Shown here one piece after another: positions 18,916-28,197 of a DNA stretch of 64,000 nt; the stretch's first letter is position 1, and each line of letters starts with the position of its first letter. This DNA is from Fidelibacterota bacterium (GTDB taxonomy: Bacteria > Fidelibacterota > UBA2242), in NCBI GenBank assembly GCA_049975265.1, contig JBNGDF010000007.1, positions 32,001 through 96,000 of the forward strand. The letters are read 5' to 3'. The position numbers and the translations under genes are program-made. The notes under the pieces were generated by a model. That model searched no databases. It saw only the letters and a list, made by a program, of their open reading frames with translations, and had not been told where the DNA came from.

Positions 18916-20297
18916 TAAAAGGGTACCCCTGTCAGGTCTTCGCGGCGTGGTGCCAGATTTTCAAAACGGGCATATTTGTCGATAAATACCAGATGGACGG
19001 TATCGGTAGGTCCGTTGCGCTGTTTCGCCACAATGATCTCCGCCTTACGCTCATCTTCCAGGGTCATCTCTTCGTCCATGCGGCGTTTGTAAACCACCGG
19101 TCGATAGATAAACATTACCACATCGGCATCCTGTTCAATTGCTCCCGATTCCCGTAAATCCGAGAGCTGCGGACGGTGATCTCCAGCCCGGTTTTCCACG
19201 GCGCGGGAGAGCTGCGACAACGCCAGCACCGGAATGCTCAGCTCCTTCGCCAGCGCCTTCAGACTGCGTGAAATTTCGGTAATCTCCTGCTGCCGGCTTT
19301 CCGCCTTGTGCCCCTTAATCAGCTGCAGATAATCCACCACCACCATCTGCACGTTGTGTTCGGCTTTCAGGCGCCGCGCCTTGGCTCGAATCTCCATCAT
19401 CGACAGCGCTGGTGAATCGTCGATAAAAATCGGCGCTTTCGCCAGCCGTCCGGTCTTTTCGCTCAGCCGCCGCCATTGATCCTGAGGTAATTTTCCCGTC
19501 CGGACCAGATGGCTGTCGACTTCGGCTTCGGCACAGAGCAGGCGCATCGCCAGCTGGTAATCCGCCATTTCCAAACTGAAAAATCCTACGGGAACATTGT
19601 ACACCACCGCCGAATTCCGGACAATAGAGAGCGCCAGCGCCGTTTTGCCCATACTCGGGCGACCCGCCAGAATCACCAGGTCCCCGTTCTGAAAACCGGA
19701 GGTCAGATCATCCAGTTCAATAATGCCGGTGGGCACACCGGTGGTGTGAAATTTCTTCTGATGAATGCTGTCGATGTGTTCGAAAGTCTGGGTCAGAACA
19801 CTGCTGAAGCTTTTGAAACCGGCTTTCAGGCGGCTCTCAGAAAGGGCAAAAATCCGCTGTTCGGCGCTGTCCAGAATATCAAAAGCCGCCTCCTTGGCTT
19901 CGTACGCTTCGCTCTGAATCTCCGTGGCGGAAATAATCAGCTTGCGCAGGATGGATTTTTCCAATACAATTTTGGCGTAATGTTCCACATTGGCGGAAGT
20001 GGGCGTCGCCTCCACCAGTCCGGTGATGTAATAGGCACCGCCGGCTTTGTCCAGCTGTTTCATCCGCTTCAACCGATCGATCACACTCACCTGGTCAATC
20101 GGTTCGCCCTCTTCAAAGAGTTCCATCATCGCCCGAAATATCAGCTGGTGAGCATCTTTGTAAAAGGCGGTATAATCGAGATGCTGGAGGGCTTTACTCA
20201 CCGCCTCCTTATCCAGCATCATCGCTCCCAGAACCGATTCTTCCGCCTCATCAGCATGGGGTGGAACACGTAAATAGCTGGCCTCTTGTTCCGGCAC
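18915..20297 (-). CDS. dnaB: Replicative DNA helicase
   Basis: AGRPSMGKT, VDYLQL, LSQLSR, DLRESGAIEQDAD and KQRNGP; no intein. Confidence 0.97.
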   Translation of the reverse strand: MPEQEASYLRVPPHADEAEESVLGAMMLDKEAVSKALQHLDYTAFYKDAHQLIFRAMMELFEEGEPIDQVSVIDRLKRMKQLDKAGGAYYITGLVEATPTSANVEHYAKIVLEKSILRKLIISATEIQSEAYEAKEAAFDILDSAEQRIFALSESRLKAGFKSFSSVLTQTFEHIDSIHQKKFHTTGVPTGIIELDDLTSGFQNGDLVILAGRPSMGKTALALSIVRNSAVVYNVPVGFFSLEMADYQLAMRLLCAEAEVDSHLVRTGKLPQDQWRRLSEKTGRLAKAPIFIDDSPALSMMEIRAKARRLKAEHNVQMVVVDYLQLIKGHKAESRQQEITEISRSLKALAKELSIPVLALSQLSRAVENRAGDHRPQLSDLRESGAIEQDADVVMFIYRPVVYKRRMDEEMTLEDERKAEIIVAKQRNGPTDTVHLVFIDKYARFENLAPRREDLTGVPF

Positions 20298-21016
20298 TAT
20301 TGACTCCCACGTTTGGCATTAAATAAATTTCGGATTTTCTTAAAATCTTCCCAGGCAAATTTCTTCAGACCTTCGTTGCGCAAGAGTGCCGCCGGATGAT
20401 AGGTTACCATCAGGTCCACACCATGATAATTATACACATTTCCCCGCATATCCCGCAGATTTGTTTCGACCCGCAACAGGGTGCGGGCAGCCGTCAGTCC
20501 CAGACAGACAATCAGAGCCGGACGAATCAACTCAATCTGCTGCTGCAGGTAGGGTTCGCAATTTTCAATCTCGGAGCTGCTGGGCGTCCGATTGCCCGGC
20601 GGTCGGCATTTTAAAATATTGGCAATGAAGACCTCTTGGCGCTCGAGGTGGATCGCCGCCAGAATTTTATCCAGCAGCTGCCCGGCGCGACCGACAAAGG
20701 GTTTCCCCTGTAAATCCTCCTGCTGTCCCGGCGCTTCACCGACAAACAGCAGATCGGCATTCCGGTTACCGGCACCGAACACCACCTTGGTCCGCGTTTT
20801 GGCTAAATCACACTTTTGACAATTCAATACCCGGTTTTCCAGTTCCTCCCAATCCATTGGCTCCAGCGACGCAAGGTCTGACGTCTGTGTCCCGCTGGCA
20901 ACCTGCCGAGTCTCCGGTTTTACATAAAACTCATCGGTAAAGAGCTCTGCCTGTTGCAGAAAAAAATCTCTGACCGGATTATCCGAGCTGCGCATCATGC
21001 TTCCTTCCGATGCCAT
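20297..21016 (-). CDS. Family 4 uracil-DNA glycosylase
   Basis: C..C.L...R, GEAPG..ED..G.PFVG, KCRPPGNR.P and TYHPAALLR; true start may be ATG ~20998. Confidence 0.93.
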   Translation of the reverse strand: MASEGSMMRSSDNPVRDFFLQQAELFTDEFYVKPETRQVASGTQTSDLASLEPMDWEELENRVLNCQKCDLAKTRTKVVFGAGNRNADLLFVGEAPGQQEDLQGKPFVGRAGQLLDKILAAIHLERQEVFIANILKCRPPGNRTPSSSEIENCEPYLQQQIELIRPALIVCLGLTAARTLLRVETNLRDMRGNVYNYHGVDLMVTYHPAALLRNEGLKKFAWEDFKKIRNLFNAKRGSQ

Positions 21017-22197
21017 AAAATCTGTTCAATCAACTGGTCTGCGATCGTGCGTTTCGACGCCAGCGGAAAGTGCCACTCCTGCCCATCGGCGGCAATCAGC
21101 AGAACCGCATTGGTGTCGGTGCCAAAAGCGCTGCCCGGCTCGGCGGGATTGTTCCAGACGATATAATCGGCTCCCTTGGTCCGCAGCTTTTCCAGCGAAC
21201 GCTGGCGCCCATCCTCCATCTCAACGCTGAATGCCACAATGCAGCAATCGGGATTCGACCGGCGATACCCTGTCACCAAATCGGGCGACCGGGTAATGGC
21301 AATGGAATCCGGCAGCGCCCCTTTTTTGAGCTTGGTCGGCTGGGGTTTGGCGGGTACAATATCCTCCACCGCCGCCGCCATGAAAAGGAAATCGGCATTC
21401 TTGCCCTGCTCAATCATCGCCTGATGCATCTCGTCAGCGCTTTCCACATTGATAACCTGAACCTCCGGTGGCGCAATCTCGTGACTGGGTCCACTGATCA
21501 GAATCACATCGGCGCCCCGACGCCGGGCTTCTGCTGCCAGGGCATAGCCCATTTTACCAGTGGAACGATTGCTGATAAAGCGCACCGGGTCCAAATACTC
21601 CCGGGTAGGTCCGGCAGTCACGACGACCCGTTTGCCACGCAGCTGATCACATATTCCAAGGCGCTGGCGCACGACTTCCAGAATGCGATTTTCATCCGCC
21701 AGCCGTCCCGGTCCGTCATCATTACAGGCGAGCGCGCCACTCTCCGGGTGGATAAATCCATAGCCCAGCTCTTCCAGTCTGCCGATATTCGCCTGAGTGA
21801 CGGGATTCAGATACATGTGACTGTTCATTGCCGGAGCAAAAACCGTTTTGGGACCGGCGGCTAAAATGACCGTGCTGAGCATATCGTCCGCGATACCGTG
21901 GGCGGCTTTGGCGATAATGTTAGCGGTTGCCGGACAGACAAGTACCAGATCGGCATCACAGCCCAGATCAATATGCCGGGTCGCAACCCGCTCCCTGGTA
22001 AACATTCCGGTCACCACCGCTTTCCCGCTGAAGGTCTCAAAAATTCGGGGCGACATAAACTGCTGTGCGGCGTCTGTCATGATCACGCTGACATCCAGTT
22101 CCAGCTCATTTACCAGCCGGCGCAGCAGCCCGGCGGATTTATAGATGGCAATGCCCCCCGTCAATCCGAGGGTAATCCGTTTACTCTTCCAGTTCAC
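20995..22197 (-). CDS. coaBC: Phosphopantothenoylcysteine decarboxylase/ligase
   Basis: GGIAIYK, PATAN, PAMN..M, LAC and TAGPTRE.LDPVRFISNRSTGKMG; GTG 22197 taken as likely start. Confidence 0.95.
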   Translation of the reverse strand: MNWKSKRITLGLTGGIAIYKSAGLLRRLVNELELDVSVIMTDAAQQFMSPRIFETFSGKAVVTGMFTRERVATRHIDLGCDADLVLVCPATANIIAKAAHGIADDMLSTVILAAGPKTVFAPAMNSHMYLNPVTQANIGRLEELGYGFIHPESGALACNDDGPGRLADENRILEVVRQRLGICDQLRGKRVVVTAGPTREYLDPVRFISNRSTGKMGYALAAEARRRGADVILISGPSHEIAPPEVQVINVESADEMHQAMIEQGKNADFLFMAAAVEDIVPAKPQPTKLKKGALPDSIAITRSPDLVTGYRRSNPDCCIVAFSVEMEDGRQRSLEKLRTKGADYIVWNNPAEPGSAFGTDTNAVLLIAADGQEWHFPLASKRTIADQLIEQILWHRKEA

Positions 22198-22504
22198 CTT
22201 CAATGTCTTCCGGATATTCGTCCTCTTTCTGACTGACCGATGCATAGCGATATTCCAGCTTGTCCGCCAACAGCTCGTTCAGCGCGGTGGTCACCGGTTT
22301 ATCGACACTGTCCCAGTCGCGCTCATCCACCTCTTCCGGTGATACCTCAAAGGTCTCCTCTTCGCCCTCTGTCATTGTCGGCAGAGGGTCACGGGCGATG
22401 CGCAGAGCCGCAATCTGGCGGGCACGTTTGGAAGCCGCCACAACCAGCTCGAAGATATCGTCGGACTTTTTTGTCAATTTCGAAAAATCAAGAGTCGTTG
22501 TCAT
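22181..22504 (-). CDS. rpoZ: RNA polymerase omega subunit
   Basis: FELVVAASKRARQI and KPVTTAL.E; gmk-rpoZ-coaBC synteny. Confidence 0.88.
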   Translation of the reverse strand: MTTTLDFSKLTKKSDDIFELVVAASKRARQIAALRIARDPLPTMTEGEEETFEVSPEEVDERDWDSVDKPVTTALNELLADKLEYRYASVSQKEDEYPEDIEGELEE

Positions 22505-23070
22505 GTCTGAGTATGCTCCTCTATTTTTTTTAATATGGTCTCAACAGTGCAATCCAGCTGATCATTTACAATTTGATAGTCAAATTGTTCACCCAGTCGC
22601 AATTCATCGGGAATACGGGCTTTGCGCCGGGAAATGGACTGCTCGTCATCGGTCCCGCGACCTTTCAGCCGTCGCAGCAGTTCGCTTTGACTGGGGGGTC
22701 GCAAAAAAATCGCCACGGTCTGATCGGGGTAGCCCCGTTTAATCGCCAGCGCTCCCTTGACGTCAATATCCAGCAGTAAAATGTTACCCGCGGTGATGGC
22801 GGAGTCGATCGTACTCCGCAATGTGCCGTAGTAATTACCAAAAACCTCCTCGTATTCCGCCAACTTCCCGGCGCGGATGTACTGCTGGAATTCAGACCGG
22901 GATACAAAATAGTAATCCACACCGTTCCGCTCTGTCCGGCGTGGTGGTCGGGTAGTCACCGATACCGAAAAGACAAAGCGCCGATCGGAAGCCAGCAGCC
23001 GGCGACAGATGGTGGTCTTCCCCGTTCCCGAGGGTGCGGCAATGGGCAGTAATAGTCCTTTAGCACTCAT
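22501..23070 (-). CDS. gmk: Guanylate kinase
   Basis: APSGTGKTT, SVS.TTR.PR..E..GVDYYF, NYYGT and DIDVKGA. Confidence 0.96.
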   Translation of the reverse strand: MSAKGLLLPIAAPSGTGKTTICRRLLASDRRFVFSVSVTTRPPRRTERNGVDYYFVSRSEFQQYIRAGKLAEYEEVFGNYYGTLRSTIDSAITAGNILLLDIDVKGALAIKRGYPDQTVAIFLRPPSQSELLRRLKGRGTDDEQSISRRKARIPDELRLGEQFDYQIVNDQLDCTVETILKKIEEHTQT

Positions 23071-23945
23071 AAAATATTCTGAGCCTGTTCCCGAATTTTT
23101 TCCAGTTCGTTTTTCACCTCCACAGCCCGATAGGAGATTTCGGCATCTTCTGACTTGGCTCCGATGGTGCTGATTTCCCGGTTCATCTCCTGAATCAAAA
23201 AGGTCATGCGTTTACCCACCGGTTCCATCAGATTAAAATAGCCACGGAACTGCTGAATATGACTGTTCAGGCGGACACACTCTTCACTGATATCGATTCG
23301 TTTCACATAGAGCGCCGCCTCCTGCAAGATGCGGTTGTCGTCCACCTCCAGATCATTCACCAGGAGCCGCAATTTCTCTTTGAATTTTTCCAAATAATTC
23401 TCTTTATTGCGGGCAGATATTGCGTGAATCTGCGCCACCAGTTTCTCAATCAGGTCCAGCCGTTTCCGAATCTCCAGTGCCAGATTCTCCCCTTCGCAAA
23501 CCTGCATCTTCCGGACCTCCGCCACCACTTCATCCAGAGCCTGAAAGAGCGCCGGCTGCAAGATATCGGCATCATTTGCGGGTACTTTGACTTCAAAAAT
23601 ATCCGCAAAATTCAGCAGCTGATCCAGAGTCACATCCTCGGAAGCACCCAGCACTTCATTGGCTTCACGCAGCAGGCAATGGTACCGTTCAAAAAGTTCC
23701 CGGTTCAACTGCATGTTCTTCTTATCCGCAGCGGAACCGTTCAGTGTAATGGCAATCTTTATGCGCCCCCGTACCAGCTGATTACTGAAACGGCGTTTGA
23801 TCTCCTCTTCCAGCGGCTCCAGCATTTCGGGAATCCGCATCGAAATATCAAGGTACCTGCTGTTTTCCGAACGTACCTCGATAGCCAGAGAACCCTGATC
23901 CAACTCACGCTCCACTTTTCCAAATCCGGTCATACTTCGCAACAT
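23067..23945 (-). CDS. yicC: YicC/YloC family endoribonuclease
   Basis: MLRSMTGFG N-terminus; DISEE..RL.SH, GK...FL.QEMNRE..TIGAK and EKIREQ.QNI. Confidence 0.93.
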   Translation of the reverse strand: MLRSMTGFGKVERELDQGSLAIEVRSENSRYLDISMRIPEMLEPLEEEIKRRFSNQLVRGRIKIAITLNGSAADKKNMQLNRELFERYHCLLREANEVLGASEDVTLDQLLNFADIFEVKVPANDADILQPALFQALDEVVAEVRKMQVCEGENLALEIRKRLDLIEKLVAQIHAISARNKENYLEKFKEKLRLLVNDLEVDDNRILQEAALYVKRIDISEECVRLNSHIQQFRGYFNLMEPVGKRMTFLIQEMNREISTIGAKSEDAEISYRAVEVKNELEKIREQAQNIL

Positions 23946-23969
23946 GCCTGCTCCTGATAATTGCTGAAT

Positions 23970-23998
23970 AAGTTACTCAGATTCCGGCTAACTGTCAA
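23970..23998 (-). promoter_or_regulatory. Sigma70-type promoter heading the long yicC run
   Basis: Minus strand TTGACA-17 nt-TAACTT about 25 nt upstream of the yicC ATG. Confidence 0.55.
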
Positions 23999-24152
23999 AC
24001 TGAAATATACAGTATTTCTTGTTAATTTTTAATTACTTATAAAAATATTTTACTCCTCGGTTTATATTTTTTCCGGTGCGATCCCAATTGGATAAAAGAA
24101 AAAATTACCGTAAACTTGGTGGGAGCTCAAAGACAATTTATAAAGGAGTACA

Positions 24153-25673
24153 ATGATCAGGACAACGCCCGGATTCGATAGTGAAAAATATCTTGCGGAA
24201 CAGAGCCAGGCGATTCTGAAGCGCATCAACGGTCAGTTCAATAAACTGTATCTGGAATTTGGCGGCAAACTGATCTACGATTACCATGCTGCCAGGGTAC
24301 TGCCGGGTTTCGATCCCAATGTCAAACTGCGCCTGCTGCAGCAATTGAAAGACAAAATCGACGTCATTCTCTGCATCTATGCCGGCGATATCGAACGGAG
24401 TAAAATCCGGGCGGATTTCGGTATCAGCTATGACAACGCTACCCTGAAAACCATTGACGATCTAAAAAATGTCGGTATTACTGTCAGCGCCGTCGTCATC
24501 ACCCGCTTTGACTCCCAGTCCGCGGCGATTACTTTTAAAAACCGGCTGGAGCGACGAGGAATCCGGGTCTTTACCCACGGTTATACCCGGGGCTATCCCA
24601 CCGATCTGGACCTGATCGTCAGCGCAGAAGGCTACGGCGCCAACCGCTACATTGAGACCGAAAAACCGATCGTCGTGGTCTCCGGTCCCGGTCCCAACAG
24701 CGGCAAACTGGCAACCTGTCTTTCACAACTTTATCACGATTACCGCCGCGGTGTTTCCGCCAGTTATGCAAAATTCGAGACTTTTCCCATCTGGAATCTG
24801 CCATTGAAACACCCCGTCAATATGGCGTACGAGTCCGCCACAGCGGACCTTCGGGATGTGAACATGGTCGATCACTTTCATCTGGAAGCATATGGGACAA
24901 CCGCCATCAATTACAACCGTGACATGGAAGCCTTTCCCCTGCTGAAACGGATTCTGGAGCGGATTACCAGACAGCCCTCAATTTATCGATCGCCCACCGA
25001 TATGGGTGTCAATCGCGCCGGATTCGGCATCATTGACGATGAGATTGTCCGGGAAGCCGCCAAACAGGAGATCATTCGTCGCTACTTTCAATACAATGTT
25101 GAGTACGCTTTGGGGCAGACCGACCGCGAAACCGTCGATCGGGCAGAGCTGATTATGAAGGAGCTGAATCTGCTACCAGAGGACCGCCGGGTCGTTACGC
25201 CAGCCCGGGACGCCGCCCGTACCGCCCGAAAACGGCAGGACAATCCCGAAGGTATCTTCTGCGGCGCTGCCATCGAGTTGCCCGACGGCACTATCATCAC
25301 AGGAAAAAATTCGCCCCTGATGCACTCCTGCGCCAGTATGATGCTGAACGCCATTAAACATCTGGCAAAAATTCCCGATACCATGCACCTCCTGCCACCA
25401 AATATCATTCAGTCCCTGACATTCCTGAAAAAAGATATCCTGAAAGGCCAGAAACTCAGCCTTGATCTGGACGAAATTCTGATTGCCCTCGGACTTTCCG
25501 CCGCCAGCAATCCGGCTGCCCAGACGGCGATGCAACAATTGAAGCAGCTACGCAATTGCGAAGTCCATAATAGCCACATCCCCAGCCCCGGTGATGCTGC
25601 CGGTCTGCGCAAACTGGGTGTTCATTACACCAGCGACGCCAAATATCCGTCTCCGGAACTATACCTGGATTAA
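24153..25673 (+). CDS. DUF1846 (UPF0371) family protein
   Basis: GFD.EKY..EQ, KLYLEFGGKL..DYHAARVLPGFDP, P-loop-like GPGPNSGKLATCLSQLY and KFETFPIWNLPLKHPVN. Confidence 0.88.
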   Translation: MIRTTPGFDSEKYLAEQSQAILKRINGQFNKLYLEFGGKLIYDYHAARVLPGFDPNVKLRLLQQLKDKIDVILCIYAGDIERSKIRADFGISYDNATLKTIDDLKNVGITVSAVVITRFDSQSAAITFKNRLERRGIRVFTHGYTRGYPTDLDLIVSAEGYGANRYIETEKPIVVVSGPGPNSGKLATCLSQLYHDYRRGVSASYAKFETFPIWNLPLKHPVNMAYESATADLRDVNMVDHFHLEAYGTTAINYNRDMEAFPLLKRILERITRQPSIYRSPTDMGVNRAGFGIIDDEIVREAAKQEIIRRYFQYNVEYALGQTDRETVDRAELIMKELNLLPEDRRVVTPARDAARTARKRQDNPEGIFCGAAIELPDGTIITGKNSPLMHSCASMMLNAIKHLAKIPDTMHLLPPNIIQSLTFLKKDILKGQKLSLDLDEILIALGLSAASNPAAQTAMQQLKQLRNCEVHNSHIPSPGDAAGLRKLGVHYTSDAKYPSPELYLD

Positions 25674-25689
25674 ATCGAAGGAGCATTTC

Positions 25690-25767
25690 ATGACCGCTAT
25701 TTGCGTGCCACATAACCCCGAACGGGTAGCAATCGAAGCCGTTGAAAAGCATTATCAATTGGGATAG
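25690..25767 (+). CDS. Candidate 25-aa small protein MTAICVPHNPERVAIEAVEKHYQLG
   Basis: AAGGAG Shine-Dalgarno before the ATG; fills the gap between two co-oriented genes. Confidence 0.35.
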   Translation: MTAICVPHNPERVAIEAVEKHYQLG

Positions 25768-25773
25768 GATTTC

Positions 25774-26421
25774 ATGAAACAGGTAACCCTGTCCCTGCCA
25801 ATCCGGGCGGGCGTCATTGAAGTAAACAATCTTACCGTTTCAGAAAATAGCGATGCGTATCAACAACTCATCGTGTGCGGCAACGGCTATCGCGAGAAAT
25901 ATGCCGGAATGCCCATCAGCGAAATTCCCGGTATCCAGAATGCCCGCCGGCTGTTTCGCGCCCTGGGCATCGAACCGACCAAATACCGCCCCGCTTCGGA
26001 AGCCATGCTGCGCCGCTTCCTCAAAGACAAAGCCGTATATTCCGTCAACAACCTGGTGGATGTCAGCAACTGGTGTGCAGTGGATTTTCTGCTGCCCAAC
26101 GGCGTCTACGACCGCGCAAAAATTGTCGGCGATATCGAATTGCGCCGGGGATTGCCAGACGAATCCTATCCGGGACTAAACAATCTGGAACTTCACATGG
26201 AAGGGCGTTATGTTCTGGCGGATGCACGGGGTCCGTTCGGTTCACCCAAAACCGATTCACAGCGGACCTGCGTCGATCTGAACACCACCGAAATCATCAC
26301 CATTATCTACGCGCCGGAAGATTACGATCCCTCGATTCTGCAGAGGCAATGTAATACATACGCCCAACGGATCGTGGAATATTGCGGCGGAGTTATTGAG
26401 CGATCTGTTATAATTACATAA
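25774..26421 (+). CDS. Stand-alone B3/4-domain protein (PheRS-beta editing-like)
   Basis: GIEPTKYRPASEAMLRR, NNLVD..N, YD..KI.G and DARGPFGSP..DS.RT. Confidence 0.85.
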   Translation: MKQVTLSLPIRAGVIEVNNLTVSENSDAYQQLIVCGNGYREKYAGMPISEIPGIQNARRLFRALGIEPTKYRPASEAMLRRFLKDKAVYSVNNLVDVSNWCAVDFLLPNGVYDRAKIVGDIELRRGLPDESYPGLNNLELHMEGRYVLADARGPFGSPKTDSQRTCVDLNTTEIITIIYAPEDYDPSILQRQCNTYAQRIVEYCGGVIERSVIIT

Positions 26422-27114
26422 CTAAAATTCCCACTTCAATCCGAGCGTCGGCATGAATTTCCAAGCAGCCCCGGCAGCGTAGATAAAATTCCGGCTGATC
26501 TCCACTTCGCCACCCAGCGCCAGATGTTTGGTGACATTGAACCAGAGCTGCGGCTCGGACAAAAGGACCAGCTGTTTGTCGGTGGAATCGGTATCGCCGT
26601 CGAAATTCTCCTGCCCCCAGAGATCCATAAAACCGCTAAATACCAGTTTATCGTTGCAAAATGTTTTTACCCATACCAGCGTCAGCTGGAAACTGCCCGG
26701 CTGTTTCTCGGCATGGCGGTAGAGCAGATCGGTGTTCAGGGTGATAATATTTAAATTCACAGGGTAGCTGAAACCGCCCAGCCAGACACTGCCGAAACCG
26801 CCGAGAGTAGTCAGACCATCGTTGTACTGGACAGTTGCGGTAAGCCTGTTCAGCGAGGGACTGTTTTTCAGAAACGGAAGCGCCACATAGCGGGCGATCT
26901 CCCAATATGCCAGCGAGGCGCTGCTGGTGCCGGAACCGTCATCATAGTCGATATCAACGAACCAAAAGGTTGCGCCAAAATCGTCTGGTCTAAACATCTC
27001 CAGCGTCGATGTGAGATAACCACGGTTTTCACCAAAATCATAATGCAACTGCAAATTTTGACCGGATAACCCGATCCAGATCAGCAGACTGCAGAGAACA
27101 AATCTTTTTTTCAC
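26422..27114 (-). CDS. DUF5020-like outer-membrane beta-barrel (Tsx/OmpK-like)
   Basis: QNLQLHYDFG, TLEMFRPD..G.TF.FVD.D, AYWEIAR, SEPQ.W and terminal LKWEF. Confidence 0.78.
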   Translation of the reverse strand: MKKRFVLCSLLIWIGLSGQNLQLHYDFGENRGYLTSTLEMFRPDDFGATFWFVDIDYDDGSGTSSASLAYWEIARYVALPFLKNSPSLNRLTATVQYNDGLTTLGGFGSVWLGGFSYPVNLNIITLNTDLLYRHAEKQPGSFQLTLVWVKTFCNDKLVFSGFMDLWGQENFDGDTDSTDKQLVLLSEPQLWFNVTKHLALGGEVEISRNFIYAAGAAWKFMPTLGLKWEF

Positions 27115-27238
27115 TGTAAGTACCTCTTTTCTTCAGATAACCCCGTAATTTACAGTCTTTTGTAATTCTGCCTACTAAAAATTCATTCCTAATTTCCCGG
27201 GTAACCTTTATATTCAAGCTGTTAAAGGGGAGGTTGCC

Positions 27239-27937
27239 ATGCCACACGCACCACGCTCAAAACTTTATCATCTTTGGGTTGGACTGTTACTGATTATCCT
27301 TGGAGTGCTTTTTCTCAGCGACTCGTTTCATCTCATCAACTTCGGACACCTGATATCCCGCTGGTGGCCGCTGATTCTCATCACTGTCGGTATTGTCCAG
27401 CTAAACGGTCGTGATCGCAGCGGCGGTCTTTTTCTGCTGATTATCGGCATACTGTTTCTGCTCACACAACTGCATGTCTTCAGCTGGGGACAGATCTGGC
27501 GTTTCTGGCCGGTCATCCTCATCGTGATCGGGGTAGGTATGCTGCTGAAGCATGCACCGCCAAAAATAAGTGACCGCGGTTTCGATTACTCTGCTGATAC
27601 CGATTCCGATGCGGACAGAATCAAGCTGGGTTCCGTTTTCAGCAATACCGAACGCCAGATCACCTCCCGGCAGCTGCGCAGCGGCGAACTCGACGCCGTC
27701 TTCGGAAGCCTGCGGGTGGATCTGCGCCAGGCTAAGATTGCTCCGGAGGGTTGTACACTGACAACCGATGCCGTCTTCGGCACCATCGATCTCTTTCTCC
27801 CGCAGGATATCAATATCAATTTTCAGGTCTCCCAATTCCTGGGACATGCCGAAAACCGGGCGGTCAGTACCAGCAGTGGACCGATCCTCACCATCCGGGG
27901 CGATGCTGTTTTCGGCAATATCCGCGTCACCAACTGA
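27239..27937 (+). CDS. LiaF-like membrane protein
   Basis: Two WP.ILI TM hairpins plus C-terminal repeats AVFGS...DL and AVFG.I. Confidence 0.78.
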   Translation: MPHAPRSKLYHLWVGLLLIILGVLFLSDSFHLINFGHLISRWWPLILITVGIVQLNGRDRSGGLFLLIIGILFLLTQLHVFSWGQIWRFWPVILIVIGVGMLLKHAPPKISDRGFDYSADTDSDADRIKLGSVFSNTERQITSRQLRSGELDAVFGSLRVDLRQAKIAPEGCTLTTDAVFGTIDLFLPQDININFQVSQFLGHAENRAVSTSSGPILTIRGDAVFGNIRVTN

Positions 27938-28011
27938 ATCCTGGAATCATCCGATCAGGGCGATTTTTCATCTCCAGTATAATCAGTCCTGATTTTTTTC
28001 ATTAAATACAA

Positions 28012-28040
28012 TTGCATTAAGAAAAAACTCTGTGTAATTT
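28012..28040 (+). promoter_or_regulatory. Sigma70-type promoter
   Basis: TTGCAT-17 nt-TAATTT in an AT-rich gap. Confidence 0.5.
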
Positions 28041-28140
28041 ATTTTCAGCGTTTAAGTGGTATTCCTATTGTTGCGAGAAGTTGCGGGCTTTGCCGTTCCG
28101 ATTGAACAACCATTAATACTCACTTGGCAGGCTCCCGAAG

Positions 28141-28170
28141 GACCTTCGCATCGCAGAAGGTCTTTCTTTT
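28141..28170 (+). terminator. Intrinsic terminator upstream of the NFACT gene (sRNA end or attenuator)
   Basis: GACCTTC/GAAGGTC stem followed by TTTCTTTT. Confidence 0.6.
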
Positions 28171-28197
28171 CAGGGCTTTCTTACGTATTTTTCCGGC

